Assembly: GCA_021324255.1 (NCBI GenBank)
Contig: JAJPJL010000085.1
Coordinates: 1-46,968, forward strand
Direction: 5' to 3'
Origin: Bacillota bacterium
Lineage (GTDB): Bacteria > Sysuimicrobiota > Sysuimicrobiia > Sysuimicrobiales > Segetimicrobiaceae
Length of the DNA stretch: 46,968 bases
Part shown: positions 19,406 through 28,044 of the stretch, piece by piece
Layout of the letters: the number at the start of each line of letters is the position of its first letter
How positions within the stretch are numbered: the stretch's first letter is position 1
Translations under genes and position numbers: made by a program
Notes under the pieces: model-generated
Told to the model about the DNA's origin: nothing
The model's input: only the letters and a program-made list of their open reading frames with translations
The model's database searches: none

Positions 19406-20467
19406 GTGTCTTCTGCGATTCCACAACCGGTCCTTGCGCGGCTCACGCGCGCCGCCATCTTTCTGGTCGTGACGGTGAACCCGGGCCCGGACCATCGTGC
19501 CGCCGTGCGGGCGTTGTGTGGAGATCTGTCCGCTCTCCTACGCGCCGTGGGATTCCGTGACCTCGAGGGCCACCTGTCCTGCGTCATGGCGTTTGGCTCC
19601 GACGCCTGGGACCGGCTGTTCGGGCCGCCGCGGCCGAAAGCGCTCCATCCGTTCCGAGAGATCCGCGGCCGGCATCATGCCGTCTCCACGCCGGGGGATA
19701 TTCTGTTCCACATCCGCGCCGCGCGCATGGACCTCTGCTTCGAGCTGGCGATGCAGATCATGGCCCGGCTCGGCTCCGCCGTGTCCACGACGGACGAAGT
19801 CCATGGCTTCACGTACTTCGACGACCGCGATTTGATCGGGTTCGTCGATGGGACGGAGAACCCCGCGGAGCAGGCGGCGATTGACGCCGCCATCATCGGC
19901 GACGAGGATCCGGCGTTCGCCGGTGGCAGCTACGTGGTCGTACAGAAGTATCTGCACGACCTGCAGGGGTGGAATGCGCTGCCCATCGAGGAGCAAGAAC
20001 GCATCATCGGTCGCACCAAGCTGTCCAACATCGAGCTGGACGATGCCGTGAAACCCACCTCGGCACACAACGAGTTGACGACGATCGTGGAAGACGGGGA
20101 GCAGCTGGAGATCGTCCGTGACAACATGCCGTTCGGGGACGTGGGGAAGGGCGAGTTCGGCACGTATTTCATCGGCTATGCCCGGTCCCCTCACCGGATC
20201 GAGCAGATGCTCCTGAACATGTTCGTCGGCCGGCCGCCGGGGAATTACGACCGGCTGCTCGACTTCAGCCGCGCGGTGACCGGCACGCTGTTTTTCGCGC
20301 CGTCGGCAACGTTCCTGGAGACCGTGGCAGCCGGGGACGCGGCGCCGGCGGTCGCCGGCCCCCCGGTTGACGGCGCGCCGGGCACGCCCGCCGACGAGGC
20401 ACGAGCGGCGTCGCGTGATGGTTCGCTCGGCATTGGTTCATTGAAAGGAGACCGCGAGCATGACTAA
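19406..20467 (+). CDS. Dyp-type peroxidase with a C-terminal encapsulin cargo-loading peptide
   Basis: DyP signatures (…AAIFLVVTV…, GFVDGTENP, …FGTYFIGYARSP…). The C-terminal tail …DGSLGIGSLKGDREHD matches the family-1 encapsulin targeting-peptide consensus (SxGIGSLKG). Confidence 0.9.
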   Translation: MSSAIPQPVLARLTRAAIFLVVTVNPGPDHRAAVRALCGDLSALLRAVGFRDLEGHLSCVMAFGSDAWDRLFGPPRPKALHPFREIRGRHHAVSTPGDILFHIRAARMDLCFELAMQIMARLGSAVSTTDEVHGFTYFDDRDLIGFVDGTENPAEQAAIDAAIIGDEDPAFAGGSYVVVQKYLHDLQGWNALPIEEQERIIGRTKLSNIELDDAVKPTSAHNELTTIVEDGEQLEIVRDNMPFGDVGKGEFGTYFIGYARSPHRIEQMLLNMFVGRPPGNYDRLLDFSRAVTGTLFFAPSATFLETVAAGDAAPAVAGPPVDGAPGTPADEARAASRDGSLGIGSLKGDREHD

Positions 20468-21266
20468 TCTTCACCGAGAACTCGCTCCTATCTCGGACCT
20501 GGCATGGGCGCAGATCGAGGAGGAGGCGTCCCGCACCCTCAAGCGCCACCTGGCGGCGCGGCGCGTCGTGGACGTGCAGGGCCCGAAGGGCGTCGATTTC
20601 TCGGCCATCGGTACCGGCCATCTCCGGCCGCTCGAGACGCCGGGCGAAGGGATCCATGCCGCGCAACGCGAGGTGAAGGCGCTCGCCGAGTTGCGGGTCC
20701 CCTTCGAACTCGACCGTCAGGCGATCGATGACGTGGAACGCGGCGCCAGCGATTCGGACTGGCAGCCGTTGAAGGAAGCGGCGCGCAAGATCGCCTTCGC
20801 CGAGGATCGGGCCGTCTTTGAGGGGTACGCGCCGGCGGGGATCTCAGGCATCCGTCAGGGAACCAGCCATCCGGTGCTGACCCTCCCGGCCGACGTGAAG
20901 GACTATCCCGACGCCGTGGCCCGGGCGGTCACGCAATTGCGCCTCGCCGGCGTCAACGGGCCCTATGCTCTTCTGCTCAGCACAGATGCCTACACCGCCG
21001 TGAGCGGAGGCAGCGATGATGGATACCCGGTCCTGCGGCACGTCGCGCGTCTCGTGGACGGGGAGATCATCTGGGCCCCGGCCATCTCCGGCGGCGTGGT
21101 CCTCACGACTCGCGGCGGCGACTTCGCGTTGCACATCGGCCAGGACATCTCGATCGGGTATCTCGCCCATACCGATGCCGCCGTGCGACTGTACCTACAG
21201 GAGACGTTCACGTTCCTACAGTTGACCGCGGAAGCCGCGGTGGTGCTGACGCCCCCGGGCCGGTAA
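20460..21266 (+). CDS. Family 1 encapsulin nanocompartment shell protein (linocin M18-like, HK97 fold)
   Basis: MTNLHRELAPISDLAWAQIEEEASRTLKRHLAARRVVDVQGP… and …VLTTRGGDFALHIGQDISIGYLAHTDAAVRLYLQETFTF… align along their full length to M. tuberculosis Rv0798c and T. maritima encapsulin. The start overlaps the DyP stop (ATGA). Confidence 0.9.
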   Translation: MTNLHRELAPISDLAWAQIEEEASRTLKRHLAARRVVDVQGPKGVDFSAIGTGHLRPLETPGEGIHAAQREVKALAELRVPFELDRQAIDDVERGASDSDWQPLKEAARKIAFAEDRAVFEGYAPAGISGIRQGTSHPVLTLPADVKDYPDAVARAVTQLRLAGVNGPYALLLSTDAYTAVSGGSDDGYPVLRHVARLVDGEIIWAPAISGGVVLTTRGGDFALHIGQDISIGYLAHTDAAVRLYLQETFTFLQLTAEAAVVLTPPGR

Positions 21267-21602
21267 CCGCGACGAGGGTCGCGAACGCCGCTTGCCCTTG
21301 ACCGCCGCGGCCAATGCCGCCGCCGGTGTGTAGTAGAGGTTGGCGCGATCGCATCGGCGGCATCATGACGCGGTCAATCGTGCCGTGGGCCGATCCGAGC
21401 GTGCGAAGCGGGCGCGCGCCTCACGCGCGCCGAGGCGCGATAGGAAAGGCCCACCGGGCCCGCGAAGGACCGCCGGACGGAGGAGAGCAGAGGGGCCCAA
21501 CGGCACGGGAGCCGTGGAGGGGCGGTGCGAGAGGCATCACCGATCCCGTGACTCCACGGCCGGAGGACCGCGCTCTCGAGCCGCCGCGGGGAGGGACCGC
21601 CG

Positions 21603-23282
21603 ATGGCACCGGTTGACGGGTTCGTCGTCGCTCGGGACGCGTTGATCGCCCGGCGGGCGGACTATGAAGCGGCGTACCGCGGCTTCGCGTGGCCCGCGGT
21701 CGAGCGCTTCAACTGGGCGCTTGACTACTTCGACCCCATGGCCCGTGGCAACGAACGAGCCGCGCTGCGGATCGTGGACGAGGCCGGGCGCGAAGAACGC
21801 CGGACCTTCGCCGACCTCGCCGACCGATCCGACCGCATCGCCAACTTCTTCCGGCGGCGGGGCGTGCGCCGGGGCGACCGAATCCTGGTGATGCTCGGAA
21901 ACGCGGCGCCCCTGTGGGAGGTCATGCTGGCGGCCATGAAAGTCGGCGCGGTGGTGAGCCCCGCGACGACGATGCTCACCGCCGCCGACGTGAAGGACCG
22001 GATCACGCGCGGCCGGCTGACCCACGCCGTGGCGGAGTCGCAGGTCGTGGAAAAGCTGCACGAGGTGTCCGGCCTCCACGTCCGGCTGGCGGTTGGAGCG
22101 CCCGCGCCGGTGGGCTGGGAGCCCTTCGAGAACGCCCTGGCGGCGCCCGCGCGGTTCGTGCCCGAGGGCGAGACGCGCGCGGGCGACCCGCTGCTGCTGT
22201 ACTTCACGTCCGGGACGACGGCGAGCCCGAAGATGGTGGTGCACACGCACCAGAGCTACCCGATCGGGCACCTCTCTACGATGTACTGGCTCGGCCTCAA
22301 ACAAGGCGACCTGCACTGGAACATCAGTTCGCCGGGGTGGGCGAAGCACGCGTGGAGCTGCTTCTTCGCGCCGTGGAACGCCGGCGCGACCGTCTTCGTG
22401 TACAATCTCGCGCGATTCGACGCCAGGCGAGTCCTGGAGGCCGCGGCGCGCTACGAGATCACGTCGCTGTGCGCTCCGCCGACGGTCTGGCGCCTGCTCG
22501 TGCTGGAGCGCCTCGGCGCCTGTCCCCCGGCGCTTCGCGAACTGGCCAGCGCGGGCGAGCCCCTGAATCCCGAGGTGATCGAGCGCGTCCGCGAGGCATG
22601 GGGCATCACGATCCGCGACGGGTACGGGCAAACCGAGACGACCGCCGTGCTCGGGAACACGCCCGGCCAGGCGGTGAAACCGGGGTCGGTCGGCCGGCCG
22701 CTCCCGGGCTACGTGGTGACCCTCACCGACCCCGACGGACGCGAGGCCGCGGAGGGGCGGATCTCCATCTCCCTGCGCCCGCGCCCGACCGGGTTGATGG
22801 CCGGATACGCCGACGCTCCGGCCGGGGCGGCGGGCGCAGAGCGGTACGACACGGGTGACGTCGCGTCGCGGGACGAGGACGGCTACTACTGGTACATCGG
22901 GCGCGCGGACGACGTGTTCAAGAGTTCCGACTACCGCATCAGTCCGTTCGAGATCGAGAGCGCGCTGATCGAGCACGAAGTGGTCGCCGAAGCGGCGGTG
23001 GTGCCGAGCCCCGACCCGATTCGCTCGGCGGTGCCGAAGGCCTACGTGGCGCTGGCGCCCGGCCAGCCGGCGACACGGGAGACCGCGCTGGCGATCTTCC
23101 GCTTCAGTCGCGAGCGGTTGGCTCCCTACAAGCGCGTGCGGCGTCTCGAGTTCTCGGATCTGCCCAAGACCATTTCGGGGAAGATCCGCCGAGGCGAACT
23201 GCGCGACAAGGAACGGGAACGGCGGCTGCGCGCGGAACGCGGCGTGCTCGAGTTTTGGGAGGAGGAGTTTCCGGAGCTGTAG
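21603..23282 (+). CDS. AMP-forming acyl-CoA synthetase (acetyl/medium-chain ACS family)
   Basis: AMP-binding motif YFTSGTTASPKMVVHTH, GYGQTETT, the DTGDV…DGYYWYIGRADDV hinge, and the PKTISGKIRR C-terminal Lys motif. Confidence 0.9.
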   Translation: MAPVDGFVVARDALIARRADYEAAYRGFAWPAVERFNWALDYFDPMARGNERAALRIVDEAGREERRTFADLADRSDRIANFFRRRGVRRGDRILVMLGNAAPLWEVMLAAMKVGAVVSPATTMLTAADVKDRITRGRLTHAVAESQVVEKLHEVSGLHVRLAVGAPAPVGWEPFENALAAPARFVPEGETRAGDPLLLYFTSGTTASPKMVVHTHQSYPIGHLSTMYWLGLKQGDLHWNISSPGWAKHAWSCFFAPWNAGATVFVYNLARFDARRVLEAAARYEITSLCAPPTVWRLLVLERLGACPPALRELASAGEPLNPEVIERVREAWGITIRDGYGQTETTAVLGNTPGQAVKPGSVGRPLPGYVVTLTDPDGREAAEGRISISLRPRPTGLMAGYADAPAGAAGAERYDTGDVASRDEDGYYWYIGRADDVFKSSDYRISPFEIESALIEHEVVAEAAVVPSPDPIRSAVPKAYVALAPGQPATRETALAIFRFSRERLAPYKRVRRLEFSDLPKTISGKIRRGELRDKERERRLRAERGVLEFWEEEFPEL

Positions 23283-23328
23283 GCGGGCGCGCCGCTCCGC
23301 ATCGCAGGCGCCCGGTGACGGGTACGGG

Positions 23329-23508
23329 TTACGCGGGGAGTCGCTTGCAGGCCTCCGGTGGTTCCACGAGAGGCCGGAGGCCGAGGGGTTGTACAAGCGT
23401 GAGAACCGCACCGACGTGATCGGGGCCGAGCCCCAGCGTGACGTCGATGTCGTGGGTGACGCGGGGGTCGCCGTATAGGAGAACGGCTGGGCCGCCGATC
23501 ACCATATA
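23329..23508 (-). pseudogene. Minimal nucleotidyltransferase (MNT/Pol-beta superfamily)-like gene fragment immediately 3' of tRNA-Arg
   Basis: The minus frame gives MVIGGPAVLLYGDPRVTHDIDVTLGLGPDHV… (hG[GS]…DxD nucleotidyltransferase motif). The motif sits at the very N-terminus of the ORF. Upstream in-frame sequence (…SQRLAAIARSLAAHPY) has no start and reads into the tRNA. The C-terminus overlies a strong hairpin. It is likely a remnant. Confidence 0.25.
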
Positions 23509-23600
23509 CGGGTGAGCGGCGAGGCTACGGGCGATCGCCGCGAGCCGTTGCGACGCGGCTGATGGCTGCGGCGTACCGGAAACGCTTGCTACGCAAGGGT

Positions 23601-23676
23601 TGGCGGGCCCGGAGGGAATCGAACCCCCGACCTGAGGCTTAGGAGTCCCCTGCTCTATCCACTGAGCTACGGGCCC
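23601..23676 (-). tRNA. tRNA-Arg (anticodon CCU)
   Basis: Reverse complement GGGCCCGUAGCUCAGUGGAUAGAGCAGGGGACUCCUAAGCCUCAGGUCGGGGGUUCGAUUCCCUCCGGGCCCGCCA. It has a 7-bp acceptor stem, D-arm GCUC/GAGC, anticodon loop CUCCUAA and T-loop GGTTCGATTCC. The CCA is encoded. Confidence 0.85.
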
Positions 23677-23754
23677 GTTGTCAAGCGTCGTTCGCCGGCG
23701 GCGTTGAGCGCCTGGCGGTCGCTGTTAGTGTAGCACGATCAGTGACGTCTCGGA

Positions 23755-24237
23755 CTAGGGCAGCGTGGGGCCCGTCGGCTGCGGCATGTCCTGCTCGTCC
23801 GCGCCCTCCTCCGCGTCCAGCGCCTCGTCGCCGTTGGTGTACGCAATGGGCGCCCGACGAGGAATCGCCTCGATCCGCGCCGGTCTCTGTGTGGATCGCG
23901 GGCTCCCGTGGCGCTTCACCTTGACCGCCTTTGGACGGCCATCCTTCCCGGGCGCGATCTCAAACGAGACCGCCTCGCCGGCTTCAAGCGACCGAAGGCC
24001 GGTGCCCTCGATGTCGCTGTAGTGCACGAAGAAGTTGCGGTTCATGGCCTCGCACTCGATAAAACCCCACCCATGCTCGAAGCGAGACACAACACCCGTG
24101 TACCGGCGGCCATCGCCTACCGCGGACTCGGCTCCGTTGGCGGATGTCACCATCTGTTCCAGATCACGCTCGCGTACGCCCAGGTGAGCGCACAACGCAC
24201 GAAGCATCTGTTCGATACGATCCAATTGCTGAGCCAT
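23755..24237 (-). CDS. Cold-shock domain (CspA/Y-box)-containing protein with N- and C-terminal extensions
   Basis: CSD core YTGVVSRFEHGWGFIECEAMNRNFFVHYSDIEGTGLRSLEAGEAVSFEIAPGKDGRPKAVKVK (RNP1-like GWGFI, RNP2-like FFVHY). Start at MAQQL… with GGAGG at 8 nt. The track's 24303 start is longer. Confidence 0.8.
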   Translation of the reverse strand: MAQQLDRIEQMLRALCAHLGVRERDLEQMVTSANGAESAVGDGRRYTGVVSRFEHGWGFIECEAMNRNFFVHYSDIEGTGLRSLEAGEAVSFEIAPGKDGRPKAVKVKRHGSPRSTQRPARIEAIPRRAPIAYTNGDEALDAEEGADEQDMPQPTGPTLP

Positions 24238-24769
24238 CGCTATGACCTCCATGCTCGCGGTATGCCAACGCACGTTCCGGACGCCTCTCAGAGGACGAAT
24301 CAATCATTCAATCATGTGTGGTGGGTCCACGGAGAAACCGAGGTCCAAGTAGTTGACGTGTCACGTGCCCGCCTCTATGAACACACATACCCGATCGGGA
24401 GCAATCCTACACCCTTCCGCCGCGCTTGAGGTCGAGCCGGCCACACCCCGAGCCCCGGGCGCGATCTCCCGTGAGCGAGCCGCCGGGCTCCAATGATGCA
24501 CCCGAATCGACCCGTCTGGATCCCCGTTGCGCGGAATAATCGAGCCTGTCCAACGAAATGCGGGCCCCTGCCGGGGCAGGATCACGTCCTTCAGAATGCG
24601 TCTTCGGCCGCCCGGCAACCCGGGAACCAGGCCTCGCCGCCTGCATAAATTATGCGATGCGGATACGCGCAGGTCAACGGATGCCGCCGGCATGCGCCCG
24701 GATGCAGGGAGCCTTCCCAGACGTTACATTCAGGGGAGGACTACATCGCGGTCCTGGGGAGGTGAAGAC

Positions 24770-25018
24770 GTGGCAGAGAAGCTCGACGTGACCATCGAAT
24801 ACTGCACGAGTTGAGGGTACCTTGGCCACGCCGTCCGTGTGACGGAGTCGATCCTCAAAGAGAAGCCGCAGGGCATTCGCTCGCTTCGGTTGGTCCCATC
24901 CTCAGGCGGGGTCTTCGAGGTGTCCGCAAACGGGCGTCTCGTGTTCTCGAAAAAGGAGACCGGCCGGCGGCCCGAACCCGAGGAGGTCCTCCAAGGCCTC
25001 TTCGCCAGCCGGGCCTGA
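24770..25018 (+). CDS. SelW-like (Rdx family) selenoprotein; in-frame UGA at 24812-24814 read as selenocysteine (CxxU)
   Basis: GTG start with GGGGAGGTG at 5 nt. The translation (M)AEKLDVTIEYCTS-U-GYLGHAVRVTESILKEKPQGIRSLRLVPSSGGVFEVSANGRLVFSKKETGRRPEPEEVLQGLFASRA aligns to SelW/bacterial SelW-like proteins (VVYCGAUGY…GFFEV…G.L.HSKK). The frame continues cleanly past the TGA to a stop at 25016-25018. The ORF track splits it at the TGA. Confidence 0.75.
24826..24850 (+). promoter_or_regulatory. Candidate bacterial SECIS hairpin downstream of the in-frame UGA
   Basis: A stem (CCGUC/GACGG, 5 bp, extendable with mismatches) has a 5-nt apical loop CGUGU containing G and U, starting about 17 nt after the UGA. 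This matches the position bSECIS elements occupy. The structure is hand-folded only. Confidence 0.35.
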
Positions 25019-25034
25019 AGCTACCGCATGCGGT

Positions 25035-25057
25035 GGGGGGGCCGGCGCCGGCCCCCC
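25035..25057. terminator. GC-rich perfect hairpin between the convergent selW-like gene and the minus-strand secreted-protein gene (putative bidirectional terminator)
   Basis: GGGGGGGCCGG-CG-CCGGCCCCCC is a perfect ~10-bp palindrome directly between the two stop codons. There is no U-tract, as is typical in high-GC genomes. Confidence 0.35.
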
Positions 25058-25070
25058 TACCGCGCTCGCA

Positions 25071-25685
25071 CTAATACCACGCGATCGCCACGTCTTGTAA
25101 CGGGACCGTCACTCCCACGCCGGAGTCCACGAAGACACGCCACCGTGGGAGCGTCCGATCAATGTCGCCGATGATGCTGCGTTTGCCATCCAAGCATCCA
25201 TAGTTGACGCGCATGCCGGCTACGCCCGCGGTGGCGCCGGTTAAGAAGGTGCACCGCGTGCCGTCGCCGAGCTCGAGCGCCCAGGGGAGCCCGCGACCAA
25301 TGCCGGACGCGTTGGCTTGTGCGCGGGCCGGTTCCTTGGTGGGGCGCAGCACCGTCACCCGGGGGGACCACGGCGTCTCCGGACACGCGAGCGCCGGCGT
25401 GCTGCCCTCGAATCCCTGGAAGCATGGGTCCATGATGGCGTTCCCGCTCATGCACCGCCAGGCGTCGTCTCTTGCCTGATCCGCGACCGACGCCGCGAAG
25501 CACTCTCCGGAGACCCGCCGCGTCACGAGCACTCCCGGCCGCAGCGCGCCGGGGCCGAACGCGGCGTAGACGCGGATCGCGGTGGCGCTCGGTGCGGACT
25601 GCGCATGGAGGCGGCCCGGCGGGGCCGCCAGCAACCACGCACCCGCCGCCGCGATGATTACCCACGAAGCCGATCGCCGTGCCAT
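25071..25685 (-). CDS. Hypothetical secreted protein (signal peptide, 6 Cys)
   Basis: ATG at 25685 with GGAGG at 5 nt. Signal peptide MARRSASWVIIAAAGAWLLAAPPGRLHA/QS. No family recognised. High GC3. Confidence 0.6.
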   Translation of the reverse strand: MARRSASWVIIAAAGAWLLAAPPGRLHAQSAPSATAIRVYAAFGPGALRPGVLVTRRVSGECFAASVADQARDDAWRCMSGNAIMDPCFQGFEGSTPALACPETPWSPRVTVLRPTKEPARAQANASGIGRGLPWALELGDGTRCTFLTGATAGVAGMRVNYGCLDGKRSIIGDIDRTLPRWRVFVDSGVGVTVPLQDVAIAWY

Positions 25686-25925
25686 CGTGCCTCCTACCGC
25701 ATCGCGAAGTCGCGAGTGCAAGATACGGAGCGCGCCCGGGGGGCTCCTCTCCGGGCGGCGTCGCATACGATCGCCGGCGCCGGCTCACCATGCGACACCG
25801 ACAACGCGCGTGCCGCTGTGACGCGTAATCGCTGACTGCGACCGCCGGCGAGGCGAAGCCGGGAGTGTGGACATCCGTTCGCCTTGCCAGGCACCCGGAC
25901 GCCCGATATAGTGGCGCCATCCGCC

Positions 25926-26990
25926 ATGCGTACCCGCTCGCTCCGGGCATTTCGCGTGCTCGTGGGGTCTGCGTTCGTGGTCGTCGTCGCGATGATGGTG
26001 TGGACGGCGCGACCGCATCCCCCCGTCTCTGTCCACAAAGCCCGGCCCGCACCGTCCACGGAACCGCGCCCGCCCCAAGGTCTCGTTCCGGATCCCATTG
26101 ACGGGCAGCTCGTCCCTTACCAACTCGCGGCGCGTCGGCCGATCGCGGTCATCATCGACAACTTCACGCAGGCGCGCCCGCAGTGGGGACTGTCGGCCGC
26201 ATCGCGCGTGTACGAGGCCATCACCGAGGGCGGCATCACGCGGTATCTGGCAGTCTTCGCGGAGAAGGACGCCGACCGCATCGGCCCGGTCCGGTCGGTA
26301 CGCACCCAGTTTCTCGACTACGCCCTCGAGATCGACGCCGGCGTCGCGCACGTCGGCGGCAACGCCGACGCGCTGGCGCTCATCCAGCAGCTGCCGATCG
26401 TGAACCTGGATGAGTTCCGGTACGCCGCCGCGTTTCGCCGGATCCCCGCGCCGCACGTGGCATTCGAGCATACGGTCTTTACGTCGACCGCGGCGCTGCG
26501 CGGCGTGATCGATCAACGCGTCGGGGTGGAAGGCGTCGCCGCCGCGCCGGAGCGCTGGAAGGACGACGCCCCGGCGGCGCGCCGGCCGGCCGCCGGCAGC
26601 GTGTCGATCGCGTTTTCGTTGCCGGAGTATGCGGTCAAGTGGACCTACGAGCCGGCGGCCAACGACTACGCTCGCACCCTGGGCGGCGTTCCGGACACGG
26701 ACGCCGCCACCGGCCAGGCGCTCACGGCGAAGTCGATCGCCATTGCCGTGGTTTCCCGCACCCACGGGCGGACGGTCATCGGCGAGGACACCTGGACGTT
26801 CGCCGACATCGGCTCCGGCCCGGCGTGGGTCCTGCAGGACGGCGTCGTGGTCCCGGGCACCTGGCGCAAGCAGTCCCGCGCGGACCGCCTCCGTTTCTTC
26901 GACGGCGCGGGACGTGAGATCGCCTTCGACCGCGGGCCCCAGTGGGTGGAAATCATCCCGCCCGAAGTCTCCCCGACCTTCTCGCCATAG
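25926..26990 (+). CDS. DUF3048 domain-containing (YerB-like) putative lipoprotein/secreted protein
   Basis: N-terminal TM/signal (LRAFRVLVGSAFVVVVAMMVW), then the DUF3048 core (RPIAVIIDNFTQARPQWGLSAASRVYEAITEGGITRYLAVF…IGPVRSVRTQFLDYA…AHVGGN). The start could be 25884 or 25926. Confidence 0.75.
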   Translation: MRTRSLRAFRVLVGSAFVVVVAMMVWTARPHPPVSVHKARPAPSTEPRPPQGLVPDPIDGQLVPYQLAARRPIAVIIDNFTQARPQWGLSAASRVYEAITEGGITRYLAVFAEKDADRIGPVRSVRTQFLDYALEIDAGVAHVGGNADALALIQQLPIVNLDEFRYAAAFRRIPAPHVAFEHTVFTSTAALRGVIDQRVGVEGVAAAPERWKDDAPAARRPAAGSVSIAFSLPEYAVKWTYEPAANDYARTLGGVPDTDAATGQALTAKSIAIAVVSRTHGRTVIGEDTWTFADIGSGPAWVLQDGVVVPGTWRKQSRADRLRFFDGAGREIAFDRGPQWVEIIPPEVSPTFSP

Positions 26991-27098
26991 CGATCGCCGC
27001 CGCGCCAGCGGCAGGACGCCCCGCCGGCTCGTCGAACCACACGGCGCGCGAAGCCGTGCGGCGCCACGGCAGCGGTTGAAGGACCCTACTCGCCTCTC

Positions 27099-28040
27099 AT
27101 GCGACCGTATATCATCCGCCGCATCATCCTGATCATCCCGCTAATCTGGGGCGTGGTCACGAGCGTCTTTCTCGTCATCCATCTCCTGCCGGGCGATCCC
27201 GCGGCCGTCCTCCTCGGTCCGTTCGCCACGAGCGACCGCGAGGTCGCGTTACGCCATATGTGGGGCTTGGATCAACCCCTTGTCGTCCAGTACATTCACT
27301 ACCTCGGCAACGTTGCCACCGGCAACTTCGGCACGTCGTTTCTCACCGGCCAGTCGGCCGCGTACCAGATCGTGACGTCCCTGCCCTACACGGTCATCCT
27401 GGGCCTATCCGCGCTGGCGATCGCCGTCGGCGTGGGCATTCCCCTCGGCGTGACCGCCGCCGTCCGCAGCGAGACCGTAGCGGACCGCCTCTCCCTGTTC
27501 CTCTCGCTGGTCCTGATCTCCGCCCCGAACTTCCTCGTCGGGATCGTGCTGCTCATCGTCTTCGCGGGACGCCTGGGGTGGGTACCGTCGATCGGCGCCG
27601 GCACGTTTGCCCAACCCGGCTCGATCGTGTCGCACACCATCTTGCCGGCCGTGGCGCTCTCGGCCGGTCTCCTTGCCTATCTCGCGCGGATCACCCGCAC
27701 GACGCTCATGTCGGTGTTCCGGGACGACTACATCCGGACCGCCCGGGCCAAGGGGCTGGCGGGCGCCTCCGTCGTCTTCCGCCACGCGTTGCGCAACGCC
27801 ATGCTGCCTGTGCTGAGCATCCTCGGGCTCGCCGTCGGGGACCTCGTGGGCGGGACCGCCGTCATCGAGACCGTGTTCGCGCGTCCCGGCATCGGGAGCC
27901 TCCTCGTCAACTCGGTCACGGGCCGCGACTACGTGCAGGTCCAGGCGTGCGTCATCATCCTCGCCGCGTCGTTTGTCGTGACAAACCTCGTGACGGACCT
28001 CTGTTACGCGGCCGTGGACCCGCGGATCCAGTATCAATAG
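27099..28040 (+). CDS. ABC transporter permease, OppB/DppB family
   Basis: MRPYIIRRIILIIPLIWGVVTSVFLVIHLLPGDPAAV… N-terminus. EAA-type loop (YIRTARAKGLAGASVVFRHALRNAMLPVLS). C-terminus …DPRIQYQ. Confidence 0.9.
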   Translation: MRPYIIRRIILIIPLIWGVVTSVFLVIHLLPGDPAAVLLGPFATSDREVALRHMWGLDQPLVVQYIHYLGNVATGNFGTSFLTGQSAAYQIVTSLPYTVILGLSALAIAVGVGIPLGVTAAVRSETVADRLSLFLSLVLISAPNFLVGIVLLIVFAGRLGWVPSIGAGTFAQPGSIVSHTILPAVALSAGLLAYLARITRTTLMSVFRDDYIRTARAKGLAGASVVFRHALRNAMLPVLSILGLAVGDLVGGTAVIETVFARPGIGSLLVNSVTGRDYVQVQACVIILAASFVVTNLVTDLCYAAVDPRIQYQ

Positions 28041-28044
28041 CCAC

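Noticed and set aside
23350-23382. 9-bp perfect hairpin GGCCTCCGG…CCGGAGGCC as the acs terminator
   Set aside because: It sits 70 nt after the acs stop, inside the MNT-like fragment, with a 15-nt loop and no U-tract. It is too ambiguous to call as a terminator feature.
21537-23411. 624-aa minus-strand ORF
   Set aside because: Antisense of the acyl-CoA synthetase gene with no domain signatures. Rejected as a shadow ORF.
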